Positions 36,412 through 49,594 of a stretch of DNA of 64,000 bases are shown here, piece by piece. Each line of letters starts with the position of its first letter. Positions within the stretch are counted from its first letter, which is position 1. The translations under genes were made by a program, and so were the position numbers. Location of the stretch: contig OZ037771.1 of assembly GCA_964035545.1 (NCBI GenBank), positions 11,598,480-11,662,479 of the forward strand. The letters run 5' to 3'. This DNA is from Bugula neritina. Lineage: Eukaryota; Animalia; Bryozoa. The notes under the pieces are model-generated. The model did no database searches. It had not been told where the DNA came from and saw only the letters and a program-made list of their open reading frames with translations.

Positions 36412-38414
36412 ACTTCTGAAAACAAATAAATAATGCAAATAAAGCAAAAAATATAATTCAAGTAAATTAATTGAGAAAAAAAAAACAATGATGCCAGTAA
36501 AGCCAATAGTATGATTCAAGATAACTAAATAAAATCATTTCAAATAAATTTGATGTATTTTAAATCAGACTTAAAACGTTTAAATACTAAACAAATTTAC
36601 AAGAAAATGAGCCAACAAAGGGAGTTCTAAGAACTCAAGAATAGAGAAGGAACTGGTGGAAGAAGCACCAAATGAGCAAACAGATCAAATGGAGATCCAC
36701 CTAGACAAAGAAATCTTAGGCACATGTAAATAGTAAAGATCTTACAAGAAACCGCCGAGACAAATTAATAAAGTACTGGACACTGTTGAGATTAATAATG
36801 TTACAGAGATGAATGACGTCATCATTGTGTAAAAAATATAGTGGAAAAATTTGATTCATTGATCGGTAAAGATCCAGCCAAATGGGGAGATTTTCGGAAA
36901 TTTTCGACATATTATATGTTAGCTACTCATAGAGGCTTTTCAAAAATAAATTGAAGAGATTTTGTGAAAACATTACAGTTTAAAAAAAGAAATAACTTGT
37001 ATGTGGAGAAAGTTAATATGAGAGTCAGAGAAACTCATCTTCAAAACTATTTATGCTAATAGTTACCTAGTACTATTAGTACTGTACTAATAGTTATAAT
37101 GATTTGTGTGTTTTGACTTTTGAAATTTTGTGAAGCTGTAGGTGTATAACTACTGCTTTTATTTCGAACTACGAAAAGAAACTTTTTATCATCAATTTCA
37201 CCTAAGCTTTTGTTGAGTAATTATCATTATGTTCAGAGTAACCTTGAGTTTAGGAGATACAGCCACATAAGGATTCCTCTTCTAAATATTTGACAGTCCA
37301 GCTATCCTAAGAGTTATGACCACTTAAACTCCCAAGAGTACTCATATTCATATTGATATTCATACCGAATATAAGCGTTAACTCTCAATAATACTATTAG
37401 CGATATTCATAGTACTAAGTATATTACCATTAGTAATAGTATTGTCAGTTGTACTCCATTCTCATTAGACTTACACATGCTCTTAGCAAAACAGTTGACG
37501 TAGTAACAGTAACACTAATAAGTAATAGTATTAATATTATGTAACTTGAAAGAAAATCTCCTATCAATTTTTGTAATTTCACTTTTACTCTTGGAAGTAC
37601 TAATTGAAGTATTAGTGTCTAGTACTCTTAAATTGATTAAACTCAAAGAAGCCAAATGAATATCAATATCAATATATACTCTTAAGTCTATCATACTCGC
37701 GTCTCGTAGTCACCTGTTATTTAGTAATTTACTCTTACAGTATTATAATCTTAGTCGATAGAGTAAGGACTAATGGCCCTTTGGGCTTCGAGTGATTTAA
37801 TTTTATCAATAAAGCAATTATTAAACTTAATCATTATGATATTCATATTGATTTATAATATGATTACCATTAACAATATTATAATGATAATGATAATAAT
37901 TATCATTATCATTATGATTAATAATAATAATATTATTATTAATCATAATATTATTATGATTATGTGATGAATTTTATTACACGCAGTCTGAGTCTTTAAT
38001 TCATGGGAAGTAGTAAAATTTTTGCAAGTATAAGAAACTTGCAGTGGCATTAGTAGTAAAAACAATAAATATGACACGATCGCTATAAGTATAAGATTGA
38101 AACAATATGAATATAAATGTAGTTTTACTACAGTTGCGCAGCCTAGCAATCTAGCGAAAATGGCAAGTTGACTCTGACTATGGGAAATCCCCTCCTGCTG
38201 GGCGTTGGTATAGATCTTGAACTGTCCCATTTGCAAATCACACTTTACAGAATGTTGCCGATGCTATAAACGCATCTAATCAGATGACGACCTGATCAAC
38301 AACAATTGTCATTGCGGCGGAGCGCTTAGCTTGTAGAGTAGACAACTCGTTGCTTTAATTCAATAAGAATCCGCAACAAACCTCACACTGATTCTGGTTT
38401 GTATATATTATATA

Positions 38415-39277
38415 TATAGAATGACACTCTTTGCTATGACTCTTGCTTTAGAGTGACACTCTAGCTTATACAGCCTGACTAGGAATAGGGAGGGTTTTAG
38501 ACGTGATCAGAGTTTATTTGAGTCACCAATGTTGATCAAATACTGACCAAATGCTGACCAAACACTGACCGTAAAAACTAAAATAATAATGATACAACAT
38601 AAGGCATAAGGCAAACAAAATGTACGTAATATAATAAGTATGTATGTAAAAGCACTAGCAATGTATATCATAAATTGTAGATAGCAGCATGAAATAATGA
38701 TTCAACATAGCATGCAACTACAGCCCATATTATTAAAAACTTTATAACATAAAAATGTAATAACGATATATAATTGTAAATAGATGTTCATTACCTCTTT
38801 TCTCTCTCTCCTAGTCTACTGTTATGTTAATGCTGTGGCTTTGCACAGTCTTTCAAATAATGCTACTCTTTAGTAGTCTTACATAAATTTGATGCTGTCC
38901 AAACTGACAGCATGACTCTAACAATATTGCAACTACTAAAAATGGTTTTGTCTTATATACTAATCCATTTGATAAACATTATTGTGTTGTAAGAGGTATG
39001 ATTTTACAATTTACTATTTTGGGGTAGGATCTTACTGTTTCAAGAAGTGGGCTGAAGTAAACAAGCATCGTGTGACATCACAGCTGATGCAAGCATAGCT
39101 GCTGACTATGAATCATTCTACATGCGTAGCTACTGTTTTGGGGTAGTGATTAAAGAAGCATTAGGTAGACTACTAGCAGCTAGTGGTTAGGCTAATTTGA
39201 GGTTAATGACATTGTGATTGTGTGTGATTGTACTACAAGTTATAATATCTGTAAACATCCTATTTCGTAACATTACA
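38415..39277 (-). repeat. 3' LTR of the BEL/Pao element
   Basis: Direct repeat of 45665-46527, adjacent to the PPT. Confidence 0.95.
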
Positions 39278-39383
39278 CTCCCCCCTTTAATTTCTCTCTA
39301 TTCACTTAGAGGGAATTAACAATTATATTATTATGCATTTAAAATACTAAGCTAAAATACTAATATAGGTATGCATGCAAAGG

Positions 39384-42300
39384 TTATGGGGTAAATAGGT
39401 AAATTAATTTGTGGATAGGCCTATCTAAGTATGTGGGTGGAGCTAGTCTCACACCTTTACTGTTCAACTCTGTAGTTGCTAGTTGCACCTTTACCTTACG
39501 AATTAAGTCATCTCTAGTTTTATGTGTTTCTATCACTCTAGCTATGGGCCATTCGTTCCTATGTGTATTTTCATTTTTGACAAGTACTATGTCACCTTTG
39601 CGAATATTTGATTGCGGCTTATGCCACTTTTGCCTTCCCTGAAGATTGTGCAAATACTGTGTTTTCCATTTTGTCCAGAACGAGTTAGCTAGGCTTTGAA
39701 CTTGTCTCCATCTTTTATTGGAGTACATATCATTTTGGTCAAATTGTCCTGGTGGCGGTGGTACATGCTTTGATTTCATTGTCAAGAGTTGATTTGGTGT
39801 TAGTGGTGTATTACCATCATCTAGTGTGTTAAGAGGTCTACCATTTACTATGGCCATTGCTTCATAAAAAAATGTTCTCAATGTTGTTGAGTCTAGCCTG
39901 GTTTTATGCATATCTAACATGGAGTTTAGCACATTTCTAACACTTCGTATTTGTCTCTCCCATACACCACCCATATGGCTGGCACTCGGTACATTTGTAA
40001 CAAAGTCTAAATCGTTTTCCCTTGCAAAAGACTGGATTCTTGTTTGGTTTGACTTGAGTTCTTTAAATGCGCCAACAAAATTTGTGCCACAGTCTGATCT
40101 AAGTTGTCTGATAGGTCCCCTAATAGCAATGAGGCACCGCAGTGCATTTATGAAAGCATCTGTAGTCATGTCATCTAATATTTCTAAGTGAATTGCCCGT
40201 GAGGCCATGCATGTAAATATTAGACCGTATTTCTTTAATTCTGCTCTCCTATCCTTTACAATAAATGGTCCAAACACGTCACATCCTACATAGGTAAATG
40301 GTGGAGCTGGTTCAACTCTTTCTACTGGCAAGTCTGCCATCTTTTGGGTCATTGGAGCATGTCTTTGTTTTCTACATGTTATGCATTGGTGAATGTAAGA
40401 GCTTACTACTCTTGAGATTCCTATAATGTAATAGCCTGTAGACTTAATTTCACTAATTGTCAAATTCTTTCCTTGATGTGCAACCTTCTCATGGCACTGT
40501 TTAATCACAAGTTTGGTTACATGTGAGTTGCTTGGTAACATTACTGGGTGCTTTTCATTATAGTTCAACTGTGAATCTCGGAGTCGTCCTCCTACACGTA
40601 TCAAGCCATGTTTGTCTAGAAATGGATCTAGCTTTGCTAGTTTACTATCTTTACTTACACATTTGTCTTTACTTAGCCTGCAATATTCATCTGAAAATGA
40701 CTCTTTTTGTACCCACTGCATTATTAGATGTTTAGCATCTGTCAAGTCATCAATTGTGAGTCTGGGAGTTATGCTACCTTTATGCTTTACCAATCTTTTG
40801 GCTGCACTTACTGCTTTGATAGCATTTTTTAGGTCTGAGAATCTGCTTAGGTGTTGCTCTAATGAGCACTTAGATTGAGGCTCTGTGTTGGTTTGTAAAC
40901 ATAATTTGACCTCTGGGTCGGAGGAATCTATCTCATAGTTACTGTCTGTATTCAACATATGTGATAAATCTGGCTGCCATAAAAATTTTGGTCCTTGGAA
41001 CCAGTCTGTACTGAGTAGCTTTTTGATACTAGCACCTCTGGATGCTATATCTGCTGGATTTATGCTTGTGTTGATGTAATTCCATTGTGCTGCTTTGCTT
41101 TTGGATAGAATTTGTTGTACCCTGTTTGCTACAAATGGTTGAAATTTCTTAGTTGTGTTGTGTATGTAGCCCAAGACTACTTTAGAATCAGTCCAGAAAT
41201 ATTCATTTGTTATAGGCATTGCTAATTCTGTGGTTACTACAGTGGACATTTTTGAGGATAGTACAGCTGCCATTAACTCTGCTCTTGGCATTGTTATAGG
41301 CTTTATTGATGCAACCCTAGATTTTGCAGAAAGCAATGTGCAGTGTATGTTGTCATTTACATCAACTAGTCTCAGATAAGTGCATTGACCCAAACCATTG
41401 TTACTGGCATCACAAAAGTGATGTAGCTCTGTTAGTCTGATAGTACTTAGGCTTTTAGGTTTCAAGCATCTTGGAATTTTTATTTGAGGCAGTTCTGCTA
41501 ATTCTCTTTGCCATGTTACCCAACTGTTTTCTAGTTCTGGTTTTAGTGCATCATCCCAATCAGCTTTGTCTTTGCACATTTCTTGCAAAATGTTATTTCC
41601 AATTAGAATAACTGGTGAGAGGAACCCTAAGGGATCAAAAACCGAGGCTATTGTAGACAAAACGCCTCTTCTAGTATGTGGTTTCTCTTTCATGCTAGCT
41701 TTGAACTGAAATTCATCATTTTTTATGCACCAATGAACACCTAGCACACGTTCTACTGGCATATCTGTGTTTAAGTTTAAATCTTTCATTGTTTCAGCAT
41801 GTTCAGATTCAGGTATTGTGGCTAGAACTGCTTGGTCATTGGATACAAACTTATGGAGTCTTACATTTCCCTTGGCACATATATTAATTGCACTCTTGAT
41901 TACACTGACTATTTGTTCGTGTGAGTCTAGGCTCATTAGTCCGTCATCTACATAAAAGTCATTTTCAATAAAGTTCACTGCCTGTTTGTCACTGTCAGTA
42001 CCAGAGTCCCCGTGATCTCTAGCCAATGTTCTTAAGCCGTAAGTCGCACAAGCAGGAGATGATTTAGCCCCAAATAAGTGAACTGTCATGCGGTACTCAA
42101 CAATGTCAGTCATAGTCTCGTCTTTAAACCAGAGAAATCTAAGGTAGTCTCTATCTGACTCATGTACTTTGAACATGTGAAACATTTTTTGTATATCACA
42201 CATTACAGCTATTTGCCCTTTTCTGAATCTATGCAATACTCCTACTAGGTTGTTCATAAAGTCTGGTCCTTGTATCAAGTGATCATTGAGACTTGTGTTC

Positions 42301-45065
42301 TTAAATTTTGCTGCGCAGTCAAAAACTACTCTAATCTTGTTCTTTTTGGGATGGTACACGCCAAAGTGGGGAATGTACCACTGATGATTGCTTGCCTCAC
42401 AAGTTGTAGGTACCAATTCTGCATCGCCATTGTTTATTATGTCTGTCATGAATGCCACGTAATCTGTTCGATATTTCTGGTCTTTAAGCATTTTAGTTTT
42501 GAGGGTATCAAGTCTGTGCACAGCTAATTGTCTATTGTTTGGTAATTGTGGCTTAGCATTTTTAAACGGCAGTGGCATGCTGTAATAATTGTCTTCTCTT
42601 TGTTTAATATTGTTGCGCATGTTATCTAAAAACTTGGCATCTTCCTGTGACATTTTATGAGTACCAATGTACTTTGTGTCAGTATAATCTTGCTGTAGGA
42701 CATTCAAGATATCTGAACTCAAATTCTGCTCATGAACCATAGCCCTATTGCATGTGGGAAATGAGTTTGTTTCATGCTCACCACTATTGCCTACAATACA
42801 CCATCCTAGAGGTGTTCTCAGAGCAAAAGGATCATTGATTGCAGGGCCTATTTTAGTTTCAAGTGGCACTAAAGCTCTGGAGTTGTCATACCCTATAAGC
42901 ATTCCTATCTCTATATCTAAACCTTGTGGTATTTCACCTGCAATGCATTTAAGGTGTGGCCATCTATTGGCAATTTCTGGTGTGGGTATGTGCTGCTTGT
43001 TAATTGGAATGCTGTCCCTACTGTAAGTCTTTCCTACTTGTATCTGCTCATGCATGTTCAGTCCTCTAATGGTCAAGTTATTGTACACCTTACACTTCAT
43101 TTCCAAGTTGTCAGCTGTCATTGTTGTTAGTTTAAGAGAAACTGGTTTGCTTGTAGCTGTTTTTAGCTTACTAACAACTTGGTTAGTTACAAATGTGGTA
43201 TCTGACATGCTATCTAAGAGTGCATAAGTTAGCACTTCCTCATTAGGGTTATCTACAGTTGCTAGGTATATAGGCACAACCATTGAGCACAAGCCATTTG
43301 TTTTAGCCACTGTATTGTTGCTGTTAGCTGTTACTTGCTCTGGGTTGTTGCTACTTGCTACTTCATTTACCTGCACTGTTTCTACTTTGGTATTACTGTT
43401 GTTAGCTTGTGTAGCTGGCTGATTGCTTCTATGTGTTACAGTAGGATGCCTTTTTTGGCATATTTTACAAGTAGCTCTATTTCTGCATTCTTTTGTCATG
43501 TGACCTATTCTCAAGCAACCAAAGCATAATCTTTTACTAGTAATGAACTGTTGTTTTTGATCAACTGGTATGCTAGCCAGTTTTCTACACTCATGTGTGC
43601 TATGGTTACTGTAATTGCAGTAGAGGCATAGTTTAGCTTTGTGATTTTCTGTACTTTTAACATCAGGAGAATGCTTTTCTATGCTAGTAGCAAAGCTAAT
43701 GCCCTTGTTGTTGTGCTTTTGAGGCTTATGTGAGTCTATGACCCTTGAACCTGACAAAGATGAAGTGATTGGATCATTTAGGATTTCTGCTTCTGTTTGT
43801 ACAAACTTTACAAACTGACTGAAACTGGGGTAACTCCTGTGATTTTTCCTATGTGTGGTTACCTCACGCTTCCATCTATTTATCATGTTATCTGGCAGCT
43901 TGGACATGAGCTCAAGATTCTTTTCGCAATCATTTAAAATTTCCAACTCTTTAATATCTTTTGCTGCTATTTCGCAATGTGTGAGGAAGTCAGAAAATGA
44001 TTGTATCTGCTTATGTTCATGTGGTTTCATTTTGGGCCAAGCATTAATTTTCTTTCGAAATTCATTAGCAACTGTGAATTCTGACCCAAATCTTTCTTTC
44101 AAAATTATTCTGGCCTTTTGGTATGCTGCTAGTGTATGTAAACTGCATAGGCCACTAATTGCTTCTCTAGCAGGTCCATCAACATGCTGTTTCAAGACAT
44201 GCATTTTACCATCATCACCTATCATTTTATCCTTGATGTAACTCTCTATGGCATATTCCCAATCTATAAAGTCTAAGGGATTTCCCCTAAATATTGGTGG
44301 CTTTGGCACATTGTTGGCTTGTATTGCTTTTGTTAAGCATGTGGCCAGGTATTCATTACTGCATGTAGAATGCTGTGATTCATTGTTTTGCATGCTGCCT
44401 ATTTGCTGTGGTTGGTTGCTTTGCAAAACTTCTACTGGCCTACTAAAAATAACTTCACTATTGCTTTCCTGATTCACTATTGGTTGGCAATTATCTAAAT
44501 ACTCTGCTAGCTCATCTCTAACATCTACATCATGTTCCTCTATTATTTCCTGCCTTATTCTCAGTTGTTTCTGTTTTTCTAACAGCTTACTTTTACTTAG
44601 TTCCAACTGGACATTGGCTAACTGCCTTTCTAGCTCAGCCTGTCTTTGCATGGCTTCCATTTCACTTTCTAATTGTGCAACTTGCAATTTTGTCTTGGCT
44701 GAGATGAATGAGCTTGCTTTTGATGTGTGTTTACTGCTAGCATGTACTGAATGGCTTTCGCCCTTACATTGTTCATGTATACTGTTAATTTGCTGTGTTA
44801 AGTCCTCAAGGTGAGGATGACTTGGAGCTAATGACTTTAGAATTGCTAAGTCAGCATCTGCATCTAACATAATTCGTTGTATGTCATCCCAAAATTCATT
44901 ATCATGATTGTCTGTTGCTGCATGCCTACTTCTAAACCTTTTAATTGCACTTGTGACAGATTTAAACCTTTTTTCTACCTCTAATTGTTTTCCCTTTGTA
45001 GATAGGGTTTTGACTCTGCTGCTAATCCTAATGCTATTACTACATGTGGATGTGTCATCATTCAT
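39384..45065 (-). CDS. BEL/Pao gag-pol polyprotein (1893 aa)
   Basis: Gag with three Cys/His knuckles (CLYC..H...C, CFGC..H...C, CKIC..H...H), protease ALLDSMSD, RT FYVDDG, RNase H HHFCDAS..WTDS, integrase H-H-C-C plus D(VFGP)..SDCGTNF..WER, and the Pao C-terminal domain. Confidence 0.96.
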   Translation of the reverse strand: MNDDTSTCSNSIRISSRVKTLSTKGKQLEVEKRFKSVTSAIKRFRSRHAATDNHDNEFWDDIQRIMLDADADLAILKSLAPSHPHLEDLTQQINSIHEQCKGESHSVHASSKHTSKASSFISAKTKLQVAQLESEMEAMQRQAELERQLANVQLELSKSKLLEKQKQLRIRQEIIEEHDVDVRDELAEYLDNCQPIVNQESNSEVIFSRPVEVLQSNQPQQIGSMQNNESQHSTCSNEYLATCLTKAIQANNVPKPPIFRGNPLDFIDWEYAIESYIKDKMIGDDGKMHVLKQHVDGPAREAISGLCSLHTLAAYQKARIILKERFGSEFTVANEFRKKINAWPKMKPHEHKQIQSFSDFLTHCEIAAKDIKELEILNDCEKNLELMSKLPDNMINRWKREVTTHRKNHRSYPSFSQFVKFVQTEAEILNDPITSSLSGSRVIDSHKPQKHNNKGISFATSIEKHSPDVKSTENHKAKLCLYCNYSNHSTHECRKLASIPVDQKQQFITSKRLCFGCLRIGHMTKECRNRATCKICQKRHPTVTHRSNQPATQANNSNTKVETVQVNEVASSNNPEQVTANSNNTVAKTNGLCSMVVPIYLATVDNPNEEVLTYALLDSMSDTTFVTNQVVSKLKTATSKPVSLKLTTMTADNLEMKCKVYNNLTIRGLNMHEQIQVGKTYSRDSIPINKQHIPTPEIANRWPHLKCIAGEIPQGLDIEIGMLIGYDNSRALVPLETKIGPAINDPFALRTPLGWCIVGNSGEHETNSFPTCNRAMVHEQNLSSDILNVLQQDYTDTKYIGTHKMSQEDAKFLDNMRNNIKQREDNYYSMPLPFKNAKPQLPNNRQLAVHRLDTLKTKMLKDQKYRTDYVAFMTDIINNGDAELVPTTCEASNHQWYIPHFGVYHPKKNKIRVVFDCAAKFKNTSLNDHLIQGPDFMNNLVGVLHRFRKGQIAVMCDIQKMFHMFKVHESDRDYLRFLWFKDETMTDIVEYRMTVHLFGAKSSPACATYGLRTLARDHGDSGTDSDKQAVNFIENDFYVDDGLMSLDSHEQIVSVIKSAINICAKGNVRLHKFVSNDQAVLATIPESEHAETMKDLNLNTDMPVERVLGVHWCIKNDEFQFKASMKEKPHTRRGVLSTIASVFDPLGFLSPVILIGNNILQEMCKDKADWDDALKPELENSWVTWQRELAELPQIKIPRCLKPKSLSTIRLTELHHFCDASNNGLGQCTYLRLVDVNDNIHCTLLSAKSRVASIKPITMPRAELMAAVLSSKMSTVVTTELAMPITNEYFWTDSKVVLGYIHNTTKKFQPFVANRVQQILSKSKAAQWNYINTSINPADIASRGASIKKLLSTDWFQGPKFLWQPDLSHMLNTDSNYEIDSSDPEVKLCLQTNTEPQSKCSLEQHLSRFSDLKNAIKAVSAAKRLVKHKGSITPRLTIDDLTDAKHLIMQWVQKESFSDEYCRLSKDKCVSKDSKLAKLDPFLDKHGLIRVGGRLRDSQLNYNEKHPVMLPSNSHVTKLVIKQCHEKVAHQGKNLTISEIKSTGYYIIGISRVVSSYIHQCITCRKQRHAPMTQKMADLPVERVEPAPPFTYVGCDVFGPFIVKDRRAELKKYGLIFTCMASRAIHLEILDDMTTDAFINALRCLIAIRGPIRQLRSDCGTNFVGAFKELKSNQTRIQSFARENDLDFVTNVPSASHMGGVWERQIRSVRNVLNSMLDMHKTRLDSTTLRTFFYEAMAIVNGRPLNTLDDGNTPLTPNQLLTMKSKHVPPPPGQFDQNDMYSNKRWRQVQSLANSFWTKWKTQYLHNLQGRQKWHKPQSNIRKGDIVLVKNENTHRNEWPIARVIETHKTRDDLIRKVKVQLATTELNSKGVRLAPPTYLDRPIHKLIYLFTP

Positions 45066-45664
45066 TGTTGCTGTGTTAGTAATAGAGACAGTTAGTGATA
45101 AGCATGCATTTACTTACTACAGCTATTTTATAACCTAAATTCAGTAGGAAAACTAGTTTGAACTAGTTTGTCAAGAATTATCACTAGCCAACAGCTAATG
45201 CAAACAAACAGCTGATGCCAGCACAGGGATTGTACCCAACTGCCCAATCAGAAACAGGGAGATCCTAATTAATTTTATGGGGCTTTGACACAATGTCTAT
45301 CAAATGGAGTTTCTATAATTACAATACTTCAAAAAATAAAACTGCATGCAAGCCTAACTGTTCTAATAACTTTCAATTCGACTATTTTCTTTATAATTAT
45401 GTCACTTATATGTGAAGGTGAGGGTTATATGGTAATCTCTCACCAATCTGCTGATTCCAGGTCACCTTTGTATGTAGTTGAGAGTAGTTGAAAATAATCC
45501 TGATAAATGTTAGTAATGTTTATATAGTTGAGGTGGGTAGAAGTGAGGTTCTCTTTGTGGTCGTCTTATGTTTGTCGACTTCTTTTGTTGGACTTGAGAT
45601 GGAGCTTTTTCTCCCGGACTTGAGAAAGAGTTTTTACTCCCAGACTTTGAGAAAGAGTTTTTAC

Positions 45665-46527
45665 TATAGAATGACACTCTTTGCTATGACTCTTGCTTTA
45701 GAGTGACACTCTAGCTTATACAGCCTGACTAGGAATAGGGAGGGTTTTAGACGTGATCAGAGTTTATTTGAGTCACCAATGTTGATCAAATACTGACCAA
45801 ATGCTGACCAAACACTGACCGTAAAAACTAAAATAATAATGATACAACATAAGGCATAAGGCAAACAAAATGTACGTAATATAATAAGTATGTATGTAAA
45901 AGCACTAGCAATGTATATCATAAATTGTAGATAGCAGCATGAAATAATGATTCAACATAGCATGCAACTACAGCCCATATTATTAAAAACTTTATAACAT
46001 AAAAATGTAATAACGATATATAATTGTAAATAGATGTTCATTACCTCTTTTCTCTCTCTCCTAGTCTACTGTTATGTTAATGCTGTGGCTTTGCACAGTC
46101 TTTCAAATAATGCTACTCTTTAGTAGTCTTACATAAATTTGATGCTGTCCAAACTGACAGCATGACTCTAACAATATTGCAACTACTAAAAATGGTTTTG
46201 TCTTATATACTAATCCATTTGATAAACATTATTGTGTTGTAAGAGGTATGATTTTACAATTTACTATTTTGGGGTAGGATCTTACTGTTTCAAGAAGTGG
46301 GCTGAAGTAAACAAGCATCGTGTGACATCACAGCTGATGCAAGCATAGCTGCTGACTATGAATCATTCTACATGCGTAGCTACTGTTTTGGGGTAGTGAT
46401 TAAAGAAGCATTAGGTAGACTACTAGCAGCTAGTGGTTAGGCTAATTTGAGGTTAATGACATTGTGATTGTGTGTGATTGTACTACAAGTTATAATATCT
46501 GTAAACATCCTATTTCGTAACATTACA
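45665..46527 (-). repeat. 5' LTR of the BEL/Pao element
   Basis: Begins TGTAATG on the minus strand; direct repeat of 38415-39277. Confidence 0.95.
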
Positions 46528-46709
46528 ATATAGTATATATACACTTTCACACTATGACTATATTTTTCTGACTGAAAAGCTAGTACAATCTTTTTTTCAT
46601 AAAACTTAAAGAAATAAATTGTGTGAAGGACAAAAAGGCACAACTGTTCAGTGTTCAACAGGTTAGTGGAAGAAGTCCATTTCTTCTGAAATACTAATAT
46701 CATGGCTGC

Positions 46710-48715
46710 ATCACAGTGTAATACAATCTACTGCAGTCCATGTATTACAGAGCAATATTACAATATATTACATAATGTTACAATGTATTCGAGTATATTA
46801 CAACGTATTGCAGTATATTACTATATTATTTTATATTATTACAATGTATAGCACTATCTCACAGTGTATTACAATATATTGCAGTGTTTTACAGTGTAAT
46901 ATAATATCATAAGATTGCAGTAGGCTATAATAGATATTGCAATATATTGCAGTACTATCTTACAATATTTTACAGTATATTACAGTGTATTATAGTGTAT
47001 ATTACAATACAATACAATGCATGAAAGTGTTGGACATTGTATTCTGGTGTATTACAGAATATTACAGCAAAATACAGTGTGATATAGTATATTGTAACGC
47101 TTAGAGTATATCACATTCTATTACAGTATGCTACAAGATTTTGCAGCGTATTTTAAAATAATGCAGTAAATATAAGAGTTTGTTACATTAATTGTATTAC
47201 AGTGTATTGTAGTGGATTTCAGATATGCATCATCACCCTCAGTATAGCCTGTGGTCTCAATCATGTTACTCAGTAGTCAGTATGCTACTTGAATTATCAT
47301 TACTCATGCTATGGCTTTATAACTCTTCTGTAACACATGTATATAATAAACTCATATGTAGGGGTCATGTGGTACACAGCTTTCTTAATGGTAAGACACT
47401 CACCAAGATGACGCAATGTATGTGACGCCATCTTGGTGAGTGTTGACCAATCAAGAATGAATGACCAGATTGACAAAACAACAGCCTTTGCGCCGTGCCT
47501 GCTGCTGCCAGTTCAGCTCTATTGGACCAATCAAGTGGCAGTACACAATCATATTATATAAGTAGGATGCTTCAGCCCAGCAGTTGGACTTTGGTACTAT
47601 AGGTACCCATGTGAAGTTCTGGATTATATTAATACTTATCTCACATGACGTATTATTGTACATTTTCTACTGGTGTAAAGAGTTAGACTTGTACTCTTAT
47701 TCAGCAAGTCTACATTACAAGTTCCTGACTAACAAATGCTTTCTTCTCTCTCTCATAATAACAAGGAGGTTATGTTCTAGTGTTGGCTTTTCAGAGTGTA
47801 CTACAGTGTAATATAATATACTGCAGTGTATTACAGTATAATATTACATTATAATACTTAAAATGTTGCAATGTATTACAGTATATTATAATGTATTACA
47901 GTATATTACAGTATTATAATACAATATCTCAAGGTGTGTTGCTATATATTACAGCTTTTGCAATATATTACAGTGTAATACAATATATTAATTAGAGTGT
48001 ATTAGAGTATTTTACAATAATATATCACATATATACAGTACATTGGAGTGTATTAGAATATATTACAATGTAAAAAACTGTAATATATTGTACTAATTAC
48101 ACTGCAATATACAGAACTATCTTTTAATATCCTCTAATACACTCCAATGTAAAATACAGTGTATAAAAGTGTATTACAATATAATGCAGTATATTACAGG
48201 TGATACATTATATTATATTACAGCATATTGCAACGTATTAGGGTGTATTTCTGTATATTACATTGAATTGCAACATATTAAAGTGTATTGCAGTGTGTTA
48301 CTAAGTCTAATACAATAGTTTGTGATGCATTGAATCATATTACAATTTATTACAGTATATTCAAGTGGGTTAAATTGTATTATAGGATATTATAATACAT
48401 TACAGTATATTACAATGTATTACAGTACGTTACAATGCATATTACAGTATACTACGGTATGTTACAGTGTTTTACACTATATTGCAATGCATATTACGGT
48501 ATACTACGGTATGTTACAATGTATTACAGTACGTTACAATGCATATTACAGTATACTATGGTATGTTACAATGTATTACAGTACGTTACAATGCATATTA
48601 CAGTATACTACGGTATGTTACAGTGTATTACAGTATATTGCAATGCATATTACAGTATACTAGGGTACGTTACAGTGTATTACAGTATATTACAATACTA
48701 GACAGTGCATTATAA
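46710..48715. repeat. Degenerate ~10-bp satellite (tattacagta/tattacaatg) with 60-bp higher-order units near 48405-48700, interrupted by a non-repetitive insert (~47220-47800)
   Basis: Dense attaca periodicity; repeated unit LQCILQYTTVCYSVLQY in the ORF track. Confidence 0.85.
47329..47719. mobile_element. Possible LTR-like fragment inside the satellite
   Basis: TGTAACA...CATTACA ends with internal CCAAT and TATATAAG; no TSD found. Confidence 0.3.
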
Positions 48716-49296
48716 TAGCAACAGCCAACAGCTGGAGATACACTAAGCTATCAAGGAGGAGATAACCAGTTCAATTCATACTTGCACACATGTTGATATT
48801 AATGAGAATTTTCCTTAAACTGAAGGAAAACACCTATTCTGTGCAATACTACATAACAATGTTCTTCCATAACTTTATTTTACAATTCATTTTTATACTC
48901 TATTACAACTAATTTAGCACTTTTCAGGTAAAGTAGGAAATGCAGAGACAAGAAACTGTTAAACACAGAGCTTTGCTTAGCCTTATCCTAGCATATCTTG
49001 GTTATATATTACTATGTATTGAATTAGGAGAGAATACTTTAGGAGACTGTTGTGAACTCCAACTCAATGATACTAACTGACATCCTAAACCAATGGGACT
49101 TGCAATTCATTATGTCGGTCATTATTGTACGTTACATGGTAACACAACTTACACCATAGCAAACCCTTTAATCAATATATTTTGATATGTAATTATAAAT
49201 TATTTATTTCTACACACTGAAAAAATAAAGTCTTGTAAAAACTGAAATAGCCAAACTAAAAAAAAGAATTTGCAATTGTAAATATAAAATAAAAAA

Positions 49297-49328
<32 letters not shown>

Positions 49329-49594
49329 ATAATCATAATATAATATAATATATATATATATATAATATAATTCACTTTTGCACATCATAATTAGCATTTG
49401 TACAAAAAATTAGATAAGAACATACATCTGCAACCTTCAACAAAGTTTACTAGATAACAATAATACGCAGGAAATATACTTTGTGACATTGATATGTAGA
49501 AGTCAGTGGTAACTCAACTAGTACAGTACATGAGTCATTGTCATTACAGAATATAACTTGAGTATTCAAGATGATACATGAACCTGAGTTATAT

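Larger units (their letters stand above)
38415..46527 (-). mobile_element. Full-length BEL/Pao LTR retrotransposon
   Basis: Two apparently identical 863-bp LTRs (38415-39277, 45665-46527); 5-bp TSD ATATA (38410-38414, 46528-46532); PPT aaggggggag at 39287-39278; single long ORF. Confidence 0.96.

Noticed and set aside
39409-45138. Many + strand ORFs inside the BEL element
   Set aside because: Antisense shadows of the long gag-pol ORF.
48415-48715. Three overlapping ORFs with Tyr/Cys-rich repeats
   Set aside because: Open in all frames because of the satellite; no splice or start context.
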